DNA of 64,000 bases from contig JBHGNT010000016.1 of the NCBI GenBank assembly GCA_043228905.1, positions 4,464,001 to 4,528,000 of the forward strand, read 5' to 3'. Positions 24,451 through 37,900 of this stretch are shown one piece after another (position 1 is the stretch's first letter; each line of letters begins with the position of its first letter). This DNA is from Azolla caroliniana (Eukaryota > Plantae > Polypodiophyta). Below the pieces are notes generated by a model. It did no database searches and had not been told where the DNA came from. It saw nothing but the letters and a program-made list of their open reading frames with translations. Made by a program: the position numbers and the translations under genes.

Positions 24451-24793
24451 AGTAAGGGGCTCTGTTTGTACTATAGTGTAAAAAGAATATTGTATGTAAC
24501 CGTTACGAAAAAAAGAAAGAAAGAGAAGATAACGACGCTATTAAAAGGACTTAAGGCATGCACAGACTTCTAGGCCAAGAACACACGACACCACGATGGC
24601 TCACCGACCAATGAACCTTAGGCCACAAAAAGAAGGAAATAGAAGGTTTTCTGCACAATACAGAAACTAACCTTCTAACTCTCAGCACTCTCATCGCTCC
24701 CCTCCCTCGCACTCTTCTCCATCTTGTCACAAAGCTCAAGTTCACCATAGCCAGCAGTCCTCACCCATTAACCATGAGCCTAACCATCTGACT

Positions 24794-27565
24794 ATGTCGA
24801 TACCTATTTCTGCCGCCCTGCGTCAATGGCTCGTGGAGAAACGCTTGGATAGATACATCTGAGTCGCCGAGGCACCTCCCCACCCTGACACACTGGACAT
24901 CACTAGGAAGCTCAATATCGACACGGTCACCAACACGTCCATTCGGAAAAAGCTGGACCTGTCATCACTAGGAGAAAGGCATTTCAAAATTCCTCCTGTG
25001 GAAACTTTGCAGAGATATTTTGGGCCATATTCGGCGTCTGCCAAGGCATATAGAACTAAAGAAATCCTTGACCCCTTTTTCCGCGAAACAACCAAGTTCC
25101 TGTTAGAGGTCGAATGCGTACATGTAAACGCATATGGGATGCCCAAGTAGAAGGCAGGTATCATCATTGATACCTTTGAAGGGTGCATGGTCAATTGGGG
25201 GGTCATTACGGGACCGACATTACGTGAAGCCTTGCACGCGTATCAAGGTGGCAAAAAGCTAAGGCCTATCATACAACATTATCTGACAATACTATTCCGG
25301 CACCACAGCCCAGCAAACCCACGCTGCCGCCACGCTCTGTGAAGCGAATGTTAGCGGAGTTGACCACCACAGAGTGGGAGGATGAACCCCAATCCGCCCA
25401 GCCCAACACGCGAACAACATAGGAAGAGCGGGCGAAGCGCAGCGAGGAAGCTGCGTAGGAGCCAGAAACCGAGCCAAGTCAAGGAAGCCCTAGGCCAAAA
25501 CGTCGACGGTTGGACAGAAAAGATGGGCGTGGGTTAGTTAAAGTCACACTCGCGGCCACAGAGACGACGACCGTTGTCGTGAAAATCCGTCACTATGTGC
25601 GGATCGTGAGACGGAACCACCGGGGTTCTGGACTAGAAGGACTTAGTGCAACACGTACAACACAAGCAAGTTTTAAGCATAAGACAAGTGGGAGAGACAA
25701 ATCATTAGTTTATTGCAAAAGAAAATCGATTCTTTATAATTTCAAAATTGTGTTACAATGGGTTGGGTATGGAAATGAGAGATTAATTTTTCAAAGAAAG
25801 GAGCCAACAACCATGCAAGGAGTGGTTTGATATGAATACGGGAGATAATTTTTGACAAGAAAGATCGAGTAAACAAAGCTAGGAGTTTGATATCAATATG
25901 TGAGATAATTTGTTTCTCGAAAACCCAGAGGGCAGAAGAAGGAAGAGGGGGGAAAGGAAAAAAAAACTAGTAGGGAAAAAATGGGACATATATCGAGCTC
26001 CTCGTTGCTCCTCCTCCCCAATGTTACTTTGCATGCCCCCTTTTAGTTGGATGGCCTCTATTTTTAGTTGCATGGCCTCCGCTTTTAGTTGCATGCTTCC
26101 ATTTTTAGATGCATGCCTTTTACTTTTAGTTGCATGGCCTTGGATTTTGGTTGCATGCGATTGTCCATATAATTCGGCCAAATGACACAATCATCCATAA
26201 AGTTTAGCCCGTGCGCAATTCGTACATGCGTCGCAACCAAACTATAGACGCGTCCGCGCGCAAAAGTCTCGACCGCGTAGTAGTGTACGCATCCACACAT
26301 TCGCGCGTCTCGACCGTGTCGTAGTGTACGCATCCGCGCGCAAAAGTCTCAACCGCACCGTAGTGTACGCTCGTCCGCACATACGCGTCCGTCCGAAACG
26401 TCCACACGTATGCCCGAAACTTGCACACGCGCGTACATCCAAAAACGTCCATGCAGCCATGCACACGCGCGTACGCTCAAAGCGTTTCGTGCATACACAC
26501 GTATGCCCAAAGCGTGCACACCACATAGTGTAGCCCAAGTCACCTTGAACATTCTATGCTCCACACATTGATAGAATATATGTTTTGGTTTCCCTTATAT
26601 ATTCTGGGTTCCAATGTTGTCCTATCTATGTGGGATATCCCACAGTTTTGTCTTGTCTTTTCTTTTTCTTCAAACTTCACACTCACATAGCTTGATACTT
26701 GTTTATCCGTTTCATGCGTAGTAAAATATGCTATGAAACTCTTGAAGACATCTATCTATATGAAGACATTAAGCTAATGTTAAATAAATGTTTTACAAGT
26801 TTTTATATCGTGTGTGAAAAACCACACGACACCGTGGTCGAGAGCTCCGTAGCTATGCAACCCAACACCACCTTCGAAATAATCTGGGAACCACGACCGA
26901 TCATTACAACCCAGTCACAACGGGGGAAGGGCATATTTACGACGGAAAGCGAAGTCCTGGTGTATCCGGACATTTCGGACACAACCCATGAGTTTGGCGC
27001 ACTATTACAGTTTGGAACCACTTTTGAACTCATGGAATTTTTGGCATCACAACAAATAAAAGTCTCACAACGAATGGCCGAGGAACACGCGGAGTGCCAA
27101 ATGATCGAGCGCGCGCTAACACAAACGGCGGAAAGCGATGATGAGGAGCAGTTAGCTAGAGTCAGCAGACAGCAGAACGCCGGTATACGCCGAATGGGGA
27201 TGGATGGAACTACCCCCATTAAACGCAACCCACCCTTGTCGAAGTTCATAGGGAATTGGCGAAGGTCAGTATGGGTGCCAAGGATATGAAGATTAAATTT
27301 TTTTTTTTTTGGAAGACTGTTAAATTGACCCAAGCCGAGCTACAAAAGGCCAACGCACGCATCGCGGAGTTGGAGTGTAACGCGACTACGACACAACAAG
27401 CAGCTCAAGCAACAACCAACGCAGCCGACACCCTGAGAGAAGAAATTGAGGCCCAAACCGCCATTGCCTCAAAAGCAAAACGGGCCGTGCAACTGGCGGT
27501 ATCAGAGATTGACCATCTCCGCTCCGAACTTCGCCAGCCCTCGAATAGAAAAATGGACATCTAGG
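24794..27565 (+). pseudogene. Accessory 3' ORF of element A, 5' part (interrupted by a solo LTR; resumes at 55779-56659)
   Basis: Homologous to element C 30746->28057 (e.g. FGTTFELMEFLA, KVKLTQAELQKANARIAELE). Confidence 0.8.
25575..26831. mobile_element. Solo LTR (1257 bp) with internal tandem repeats
   Basis: Termini TGTCGTG...CACGACA; 4-bp TSD CCGT; ttttagttgcatg repeats at ~26040-26155 and CG-rich repeats at ~26240-26370; shares accaccggggt near its end with the element D LTRs. Confidence 0.85.
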
Positions 27566-30500
27566 TGTTGTTGATTAGGAACACGGCCTGCGGTCAGTCC
27601 TTCGACCTAGACCTCCAAGTGACTGGGAGATGACGAATGGTGGCGTCTGTGCGTAATACGTAGGGGGATGTTCCCACCCATAACCTAACAGTGTATAAGG
27701 GAGACGGCTACAATCGAACTCCTTAACAGTGGCTACACGCTCACTTTTCTTACTTCTACACTCTTAGGTATTCCAGACACACACTGGATTAGCCGTAGCT
27801 ATACACAGATATCAGAGAAGATAGAATTCTATTACGATACTCTTCTTTACATTCCCAAAATTACACGCTACCTCTATCAGAGGTTTTCTGCCCTTTATAT
27901 ATGCATGGTCTTTTAGTTGTTCACGCTTCCCGCGTGACATGCATTACAATCTTATACTATTTCCTATTCATGCGCTCTTGTCCGTCCGTTCCTATTCCAG
28001 CGGACAACACCTGGCACGCCTGTGGGATAGTGCCCTGGCACGTCGAACCCATCCTGTTAATCTTCTTCCAAAATGTCCCGGATGTTTGGCTCTGCTACGG
28101 TGTCCGCGTCTGGGGACGACGTAGGGCCCGTAGGTGCATCATGGTGTGGTTCCCCTATGTGGTCGCGAGGGTTTCTCCTGGTGTCGCGATCGTCCTGTGT
28201 GGGTGTTCTGGGTTCTGTGGGCTCTTCTTGGGCTAGGGGGTTGAGCTCAGCCGTTGGCAGGCTTGCGGTCGGTCGCGACACTATCTCCTCCGTCACTCGC
28301 TCCGTGGTGTCGACCGTCGTTGTACGCTCTGGGGAGTGGGGTTGCGGTTCTGCTCGGTCCACAACGTTCTCCATGTGGTCGGCCGCTAGCGTATGCTCCG
28401 GTAGATGGGGTTCCTCTTGGGTCGTGGTTTCGTTGTTTGGTAATGTGGGGGACCCCGCTCGTCGTTCCACGTTGTTCAATGTAGTTGTAATGTCTGGTGA
28501 CCTGGCCTGAGGTTGCTCTTCTTTGGCCGTGTCCGGAATTGGTGGCGCGACAGATTCCTCATTTGTTCATGTGCTACCGGCTTGTGTGATCTGGTGAAAC
28601 AGATGCTCTTGGATTTCCCCAAAATCATCTAATAGCTGCGCGAGTTCTTCAGAATGCGATAGTCCTGCGCTACGTCCTCGCGTACTGCCGCAATGCTCTC
28701 CTCATTGAGTTTATAGAAGCCTCGGCCGTCTTTTCGCCTGTTCTCCCAGTCTGCACGATATGCGTGCAATTCCGCCGCTTGGGTTGCCCACGCCATCCAT
28801 CCTTGGTCTAGTGCCGTTTTCAATTGCGTTGTGAACCTCTCCCGATTCGTTTGGAGAAGGATACGCACCTTGTCGGTGATGGCTTGGCAGCTGTTGCATG
28901 CTTCTTCTACTGCCTTCTTGAGGTTTGCAATTTCTTTGTTCTTCATGCCCACCCACAACTAGGCTTCCTTCGCATGGAGTTCTTCTAATTTCCCCATTTC
29001 ATTGTTTAGGTAGATTTCGAGCTGATGCTTTCTTTCTTGTTCGCCCACCAATTGCTCGTCGAACCATACCTTCTTTCTCTCCAATAAGGCCTGGAGTCCT
29101 GCGATTGCCGCATCCGACTTCTTCGCTTCCTCCCATAATTGGGCATTTTCTTCTTTTGTCCGGGTGTGCTGAGCTACCTCCGTAGGGAGTTTCTCTTCAA
29201 GGGTCTTAACTGCCTTCCGGCCGTTAGCCCGGAAATCCTTTTCCCTGTCTAAGGATTGGCAAAGTTCAGTGCGAAGGTGGTCAATTTCTGATTCCGCTAG
29301 TTGTACAACCCTTTTTTCTTTTGAGGCAATGGCAGTCTGAGCCTCAATCTCTTCGTTCAAGGCATCGATGGCGTGGTTTGGTGGTGGAGTTGCTTGTTGC
29401 GCCGTAGTCGCGTTAGTTTCCAACTCTGCGATGCGTTCGTTGGCTTTTTGCAGCTCGGTTTGGGTCAGTTTTACCTTCTTCCAGACATTCTTATTTTTAA
29501 TGGCCATCTCCTTGGCACCCGTGCTGACCTTTACCAGTTCCCTATGGACTTCGACTAGGGCCGTGTTTAATGGGGATAGCTCCATCCCCACTCGGCGTAC
29601 ACCGGCGTTCCTTTGTCTGCCGACTCTGGCTAGCTAGTCCTCATCGTCGCTCTCCACCGTTTGTGTTAGGGTGCGCTCGATCATCTGGCGCTCTGCGTGC
29701 TCCTTGGCCATTCGTTGTGAGGCCTTTATCTATTGCGTTGCCAGGAATTCCATGAGCTCAAAAGAGGTTTCGAACTGCAAGAGGGCGCTGAACTCATGGG
29801 CCGTGTCTGGGATATCTGGATAGGCCAAAACCTTGCTTTCCGCCGTCAATACAGCTTTCCCTCGTTGTGATTGGGTCGTAATGATCGGCCGTGGCTCCTA
29901 GATGATTTCGAAGGTGGTATTCGGCTCCGTAGTTGTGGAGCCATCACCTTCGGTCGTTGCCTCTACCGTCGTGGGGACGTCTTTGACTAATCCCCACCCA
30001 TATTTCCTGTCCAACCTCCGCCGTTTCGGTCTGGGGCTATCCTACCGTGTTTCGGTGTCTGGTTGTGGGACTGCTTCCGCGGAGCGCGCCGGCTGTTTTT
30101 CCTGCGTTATCCATGTCTCTGGCTAGGCGGGTTGGGGTTCCTCTTCCCACTCAGGGGCGAATAACTCTGCTAACCTGCGCTTCGCGGATCGGGGCGGAGG
30201 CGTGGGTCTGCTGGGCTGCGGTGCCAGCAGGCCTCGGGGTGGGAATAGCACCGTTAGGTACTACTGTATGATCGGCCTGAGCTTCTTGCCTCCCTGATAT
30301 GCATGCATGCCTTCCCTTAACGCCAACCCTGTGATGAGCCCCCAATCGACCGCACGCCCTTCAAAGGTATCAATAATGATACCCGCCTTCTGCTTGGGCA
30401 TCCCATATGCGTTGACGTGTACACATCCGACCTCTAATAGGAACTTGGCGACTTCATGGAAGAAGAGATCCGGGATCTGCTTCGTTCTATAGGGCTTGGC

Positions 30501-31724
30501 AGAGGAGGAATATGGACCGAAATATCTCTATAGCGCCTCTACAGGAGGGATTTCGAAATGCCTCTCACCTAGCGATGACAGGTCCAATTTTTTCCGGATA
30601 GAAGAGTTGGTGACCGTGTCGATATTAAGCTTTCTGGCGATGTCCATGGCATCCGGGTGTGGAGATGCCTCTGCGATCCGGATGTACCCATCCAGGCGTT
30701 TCTCCACGAGCTGTCGGTGTAAGGTGGTAGAGATGAAGATCGACATCGCCAGAGTAGGCTCGTGGGGAGGAGATTGGTGATTGCGGTGGGCTGGAGCTCT
30801 GTGAGAGGATGGAGGAGAAGGTGAGGGAGGGGAGTGATGAGAGCGCTGAGAATTAGGAGGTGGGTTTCTGTTTTGTGCAGAAGATCTTCTATTTTCTTCT
30901 TTTTGTGGCCTAGGGTTCATTGGGCGGTGAGCCATCGTGGTGCTGTGTGTTCTTGATCTAGGAGTCACATACAAACTATTTTTACATTATGATACAAGTG
31001 GGGCCGTCCACTTACGCCGCGAGTTCTCCGGCTTTGTCCTGTCCGACGGTGAATGGGTTAGGTGGCGTAGGGCCCAGGTAAGGTTTAAGGCGAAACCCAT
31101 TCACCTTTTGTCGTAAGACTTCCCCAAACAACATACCTAGTTGGAACGTGCCTTGTTCCGCTCCAATTATCAAGTACGGGCCTGTCCAGTGGAATCGTAA
31201 CTTCCCTGGCATATGGCCCATGCGGGTTTGGAAAACCAGTACCGCTCGATCGATGGCGAAATCCTTTTCCCGTGCGTTCCGATGTCGATCCACAAACGCT
31301 TTATGCCGTCACTGTTCCTACTCGAATACAACCATGCTGTGGACGCGTTTTTCGCCGAGTTCGAGTAGCTGGTGGAGCCGTACCTCCTCCGACTTGGCTT
31401 CCGATAGTCGGTCCCGTACTTGAATCCGTAAACTGGGTATCTAAAACTCTACCAGCATCATGGCCTCCAACCCAAACGCTAGTCGAAACGGTGTTGACTG
31501 TATGCTTGTTTTGTAGCTGGTTCTGTACGCCCATAACGCACTCTGTAATTTGGTATCCCAGTCCGTTCTATTTTCATTGACGATTTTCTTTAAGATGGTC
31601 TACAACGTGTTGTTGGTGGATTCCGCTAACCCATTCGCCTATGGATAATATGGCATACTCTTCTTGTGGACTACGGCGTAATGATGTGTTAGTTCTCAAA
31701 CAACCGTATTGAGAAAGTGGCTCC
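27566..31724 (-). mobile_element. Ty3/gypsy element C (relative of A), 3' part only: IN end, accessory ORF 30746->28057, 3' LTR 27566-28009
   Basis: LTR homologous to the A LTRs in reverse; KLRFHWTGPY; ORF ends EPNIRDILEED*; cut inside IN by the copia LTR at 31725. Confidence 0.9.
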
Positions 31725-31911
31725 TGTCGAATACAAATGTATTCACACTATCCTCTTAGAGAGCCCAAGTTCGGGCTTTTTCTGTAAATAACATAAAGGG
31801 CAATTGCCCTAAGTGAGTCACTATATAAAGTGACTTTGTAACCCTTTGTAAAGGTTGGTTGTTCATTATTGTAACTGTTGCCCTTTTATGAATATAGATA
31901 TATTCTTTGTG

Positions 31912-31968
<57 letters not shown>

Positions 31969-34900
31969 GTATTTTGTTCTTGCTTCTCTCATACGCAGGT
32001 ATTTCTTCCTCACAAATTCATACTGTGTGATCTCTTCCGCACTGATGGCCTTGTTCATTCCCTACATTTGGTATCAGAGCTTGGATGTCCTTCATCCCGC
32101 TGCCGGTCGCCATTCGAATCTTTGGATCACAACATTCTAATTTTTTTCTGTTTTGTATTTGAAGAAACAGAGAAGAGAGAAGAAGAAGAGAAACGAGGCT
32201 TGCATCTCATCGCGTTAGATCATCTTCGCTTGGAGAAAGCCAGCCGGCGGTACTCTGTTCCTCGTGATCATAACCGCTCGAGGTGAAATCCCCTTGTGCA
32301 ACATTGACACGATCGTGCTCCACTCGATTAAACAGCATCCGAACAGGTCACCGAACGCTGCTCGCCGCTCGTTGTAACCACTCGGTGCAGATCGGTTTCA
32401 AGACAACAACCCTAATTCGGGCTTCATCCGGCTGATCGACATTCGGGGGGATCAATTGGATCCGTCTCTCTCGTCGATGCAGTCACCCGAAGCAGAATCA
32501 GTCCAGACAATCGATTTCAATAATCGGTATTTGGCATATACATTCGGAAGCGAACCGGGCTCACTCCGACTCGGCAACATTCGGGAAGACCAGTCGGTTC
32601 TGTCCCTCAAGTTACTGGATTCAATTCGAACAAGTTGAACAATACATATATCCAAAACCGAACCGACTCGGGTTCAAATCCGACTAGAACGATATCGGGT
32701 GAGCCGACCGGCTGCACTCCAACAAAGTTCGTAGTCAATTCCGAACCGAGCTTCGTCAAACGAAACCGAATCTGATGGCATCAACATCCGGCTCATCGGA
32801 AATGAGTCTAAGGAGGTTCGATGGTTCGAACTTCAATTTTTGGAAGGAGCAAATGCAGGACTATCTTATAGTCAAGGGTCAGATCGATCCGATTGAGAAT
32901 GAAATTGCTCCAGAAATATACAAGGCAAATGAGTGGCAAAAGCTGGACAGAATCGTCCGTGCCACGATTCGGATGCACCTGTCGAAGTCAGTGTACTTCA
33001 CAATGCAATCGTGCACGAAAACCTTCCAACTTTGGAAGAAGTTGTCGGAAACCTACGAAAAGAAGGTCGCCTCAACGAAGATGTATTTGATCCGGCGCCT
33101 CTACAACTTGCGGATGTAAGACTCCGATTCGGTTCAGGCACACCTTAATGAGTACGAAAGTTTGAGCTCCCAAATCTCGTAACAAGGGACGACAATAGAG
33201 GATGAACTCGGAGCAATGATACTCATGAGCAATCTCCCCTCCTCTTGGGAAAACTTCGTTACAACTGTGTGCAACGCTTCTACGACTGCCATCAAGTACT
33301 CCGAAGTCACAAGTGCAATCCTGACTGAAGCAGCTCGGAGAAAGTCTTTCACAAAAGACTCGGCAGAAGAAGCCTATGTAGTACAAGGTTCGACCGACCG
33401 ATCAAACAACCGGGGAAGAAGTACTTCCCGACCGTCGACAAATCAGCGAAGCCGCAGCAAGTCCCGGGAAACCCGAATCTGCAACTACTGCAAGAAACCG
33501 GGACACATCAAGGCCGACTGTCGGGCACTCAAGTCAAAGACAGACAAAGCTCAGAGAGCTGATCAGAGGAGTAACCGGCATGAGGAAGTCAACTACGTCG
33601 GCTCTTCAGCTGAGATATTGACGACCGACCCAAGATATTGTCCATAGAGAATCTAGTCGAATCAGAAGTTCTGCTTACGACTGAGGAATCGAGCACATGG
33701 CTTCTAGACTCGGGCGCGTCGTATCACGTGACACCTCACCGATCACAGTTTCGGCAATATTCGGACCGGCACTCCGACTCAGTTCTAGTCGGAAATTCGC
33801 AGCACTGTGCTATCGTCGGAATCGGCACCGTAGAGCTCAACCTTCCGGGTGGCTCTACACTCATACTACACAACGTCCGACACGTTCCTGAGCTCTCACG
33901 ACCCTTGATCTCAGTCGGACAACTTGATGAAGCTGGCATCCGTGCTGGTTTCTCATCAGGAGGGTGGACACTCCACAGAGGGAACCTCCTGCTTGCTAGA
34001 GGACCAAAGGTACACTCATTGTACCCTTTGTATGTCACACTCAGAGAGGGTGACTTATTTCTGGTAGATATCCCTGTGTCATCCTTATGGCAAGGCCGGC
34101 ATCACGCACTTATCCAGAGCCGGATACATCCTGAAACTCTCCTTCTTAGACCATCAATTCTGCGAGCATTGTCAGTACAGCAAACAGGTAGCCGCATCAC
34201 ACCCGACATAAGCACCAAGAGAGTCGAGCCTGCAGGATTTGGTCCACTCGGATGTCTGTGGCCCGATGCCACATTAGTCACTCGGTGGTGCCTCGTAGTT
34301 GGTCAGTTTCATTGACGAGTCGACTCGAAAGGTGTGGGCTTACCCCATCAGAACCAAAGATCGGGTGTTCTCGATCTTCTCAGATTGGCTCGCAATGGTC
34401 GAAAACCAGACCGGTCGGAAACTGAAGTGTCTCCGAACCAACAATGGAGGTGAGTTCAAATCTGTTGAATTCGTCAAATTTTTCCGAGAACGCGGCATTA
34501 GACATTGTCGCGTTACTACGCGCGTGCGTGGAGAAACGAGGCAGGACCACCGGGGTCTTGAACCGAAGAGCAGGTGATAGAAGGGGAAAGAGAAAGAGAG
34601 AGACGCCCGGTTGCGTATGAGCAAAGGAACACAGGGACACAGCCCGTCAACGCAGAAGAAACGAATGGACACAGACACAGAGAGACACGAAAGGTTGTGT
34701 ATTAACGAATAACAAATAAACAACAGAGCACGCGAGCGGTTACAACCGAACAGGCCGGCGAATAGACGCCGATGCCTGCTCATCTGCGCATGAAAGAGGA
34801 TAGGATGGAGGTGCTGCCAGAAGCACACGAGCGTCCCTCGAAACCGCGCGAGCCTCTCGAAATCCTGCAGAGAAGAGCGATGGAGAATGAATAGAGGAGA

Positions 34901-37900
34901 AGCATTCGGTTACGGTCCGACAACACTTCGTCCTCCTTAATGCGCGATCCCCTCTCCCTCCGTCTCCCTCTCCTTTATAGCTTCAAGAAGGGAGCCGTCT
35001 CCCTCATTTACTTCCTACCTACCGAATCTAACTACCCCGGATATACCTATGTACCTAATTCCCTATTATATACATTAAGGGGCGCGCACGTGTGAAGAGC
35101 TGGTTCACGCGCGCTATGCACCGATTGCGCTAAGGGACGGTTTCCTTCACAACATCCGCCCCCACCTAACCGTGCATCCACCGGTATGCGCCAAAATTGC
35201 GCTCTGGTTGGAGAAAACTGGTCCGAGTTCCGGTTCTTCGTCCATCGGTTCGTCCTCCGGTTCGGACTGTTCGTCGTCGCTGTCCAGGTCTCTTAGATCC
35301 GGTTCGTTGTCGTGGCGCTTCTTGAATGCTTTGATCCGCTTCCCTGCTACCGGTATCGCCATCCTCGTACCGTCGTGTTCTGCCAGGTGATACGTCCCGT
35401 TGTCGTTGGCGCTCGTTACCATGTAAGGCCAGCCACGATCTTCCCGACGCACCCATACCGGCAGATCACGTCCTCGATCAGGAACCGATATACGGCCGCG
35501 GCCGTTTTGTTCTGCAGGGCTCGGCCTTCCACCTGGTTCGTTAGGTCCTCCCGGGCCAGCACCAGATATCGCATCTGTCCTACGCCCATCGGCATCGTCA
35601 CCAAATCTACCATCCATTTGAAGTGGATGGCCGGAGGGTATGTAGGGTGAAGCTCGTCCCGATGTCGGACTATGGAGTGCATCTGACACCTCTCATAAGT
35701 TGTCACGAACCGATGCACGTCTCGGTACAGTCCCGGCCACCAGTACTTCCCCTTTAGTTTCTCGAACGTGGCCCACGTCCCACGGTGTCCAGCCCAGGGG
35801 CTGTTGTGGTAGGCTTTCAACAACTCCTTCTGTTCCTCCTCCATTGCCACCACTCAGAGCGGGATGCCGTTTCTCTTCTTCGGGTGCTTCTATAAGTATC
35901 CGTCCCGGAGAAAGAATCGGTATGCTTTCTTCCGGATCCGATTGGCCTCGTTCTTTGTCCATGACGCGTCCGGCGTCATCGTCCTCAAGAATCCCCCAAT
36001 CTGCAGCCACTCCCCGTTGTACTTGCTCTCGTCGAAATCGTTAAGCGCCAGAGTGCTCCCCCTCTCGGTTGTTACGTTAGCCGCCTCGAAGAAGTCTACG
36101 CCAACTTCCTCGTATTCCGAAACCATCCCGCCCTCGTCGTCGAATCGCGCCCTCGAAAGCATGTCGGCCATGGCATTGTCTTTCTCGAAAATGTGTCGTA
36201 TTTCTGGATCCAGGAACTTGATGTACGCTATCCACCCGAGCATTGCCAGGTCTGGGGTTGCGCATCCGGAAAACATGCCGAGAATCGGCAGGCAGTCCGT
36301 CTCGATAATCACCTCTGTCCTGAGCAGATAGTCTTTATCGGCCTTTACCGCCGAAACGATACCCCAGAGTTCGCGTTTAACCTGGGTGTATCCTCGTTGT
36401 CGCTCACTGAGGACCTTCGCGCCGAACCAGATTGAGAACCTAATACCGTCCTCATTTTCTTGGTTGACAACCCATCCGATCCTGGTCGGACTTGTATCTA
36501 CTGTTATGTAGATGGGAGTGCCTTTCTCGTACACAGCCTTCCGGAGTGCCGGGGCTCTAGCAAGAGGCTCCTTCCTCTTTCGGACCGACTTTGTATGCTT
36601 GACTCGCCACTCGAGCTTTCGCCCCTTTTTCAACAACCCGTATAGCGGCTCGGCGACGTGGGCGTAATGCGGGATCAATATGTGGTAGAACGATGTCGTG
36701 TTACTACGCGCGTGCGTGGAGAAACGAGGCGGGACCACCGGGGTCTTGAACCGAAGAGCAGGTGATAGAAGGGGAAAGAGAAAGAGAGAGACGCCCGGTC
36801 ACGTAGGAGCAAAGAAAAACAGGGGCACGGCCCGTCAACACAGAAGACGCGAATGGACACAGAGACAGGGAGACACAAGTGTTTGTATATTAAAGAATAA
36901 CAAGTACACAACAGAGCACGCGAGCGGTTACAACCGAACAGGCCGGCGAACAGATTCCAATGCTTGTTCGTCTGTGCACGAAAAGGGGATAGGATGGAGG
37001 TGCTGCCGGAAGAACACAAGCGTTCCTCGAAGCAGCGCGAGCCTCCCGAAACCTGCAGAGAAGAGCAACAGAGAACAGATAGAGGAGAAGCGTTCGGTTA
37101 CGGTCCGATAGCACTTCGTCCTCCTCAATGCGCGATCCCTTCTCCCTGCGTCTCCCTCTCCTTTTAGCGTCAAGAAGGGAGTCGTCTCCCTCATTTACTT
37201 CCTACCTACTGAATCTAACTACCCGAATATGCCTTCATACTTAATTCCCTATTATATACATTAAGGGCGCGCACATGTGAAGAGCCGGTTCACGCACGCT
37301 ATGCACCGATTGCGCCAAGGGATGGTTTTCTTCACGACATCCGCCCCCACCTAACCGTGCATCCACCGGTATGCGCCAAAATTGGGTTCTGGTTGGAGAA
37401 AACTGCTCCGGGTTCCGTTTCTTCGTCCATCGGTTCGTCCTCCGTTTCAAACTGTTCGTCTTCGCTGTCTAGGCCTCTTAGATCCGGTTCGTCGTCATGG
37501 CGTTTCTTGAACGCTTTGACCCGCTTCCCTGCTACCGGCATCGCCATCCTCGTACCGTTGAGTTCCGCCAGGTGATACGTCCCGTTGTCGTTGGCGCTCG
37601 TTACCACGTAAGGCCCGAACCACCGCTTCGCAAACTTCCGTGTTGCTCGATGCTGGGTGTCGAGGCTGTTGTTGTAGACTAGCACCCAGTCGCCTTCCTC
37701 GATTTTCTTTGGTCGGAGCCGGTGTGTCTGGTCGAACCGGGCTTTGTTCTTTATCCTCGCCGCCCGAAGTCTCTCCGCCGCTCGTTCCACGTCCTCTGGC
37801 CTCCGCTCGAGATGCCGTATACGCGCCGCTAGCAGTTCTTCCCGACTCATTTCGTCACTCCAGTCTACTGTCGCCCAAGAGGAGATCGTCCGTTCCATCG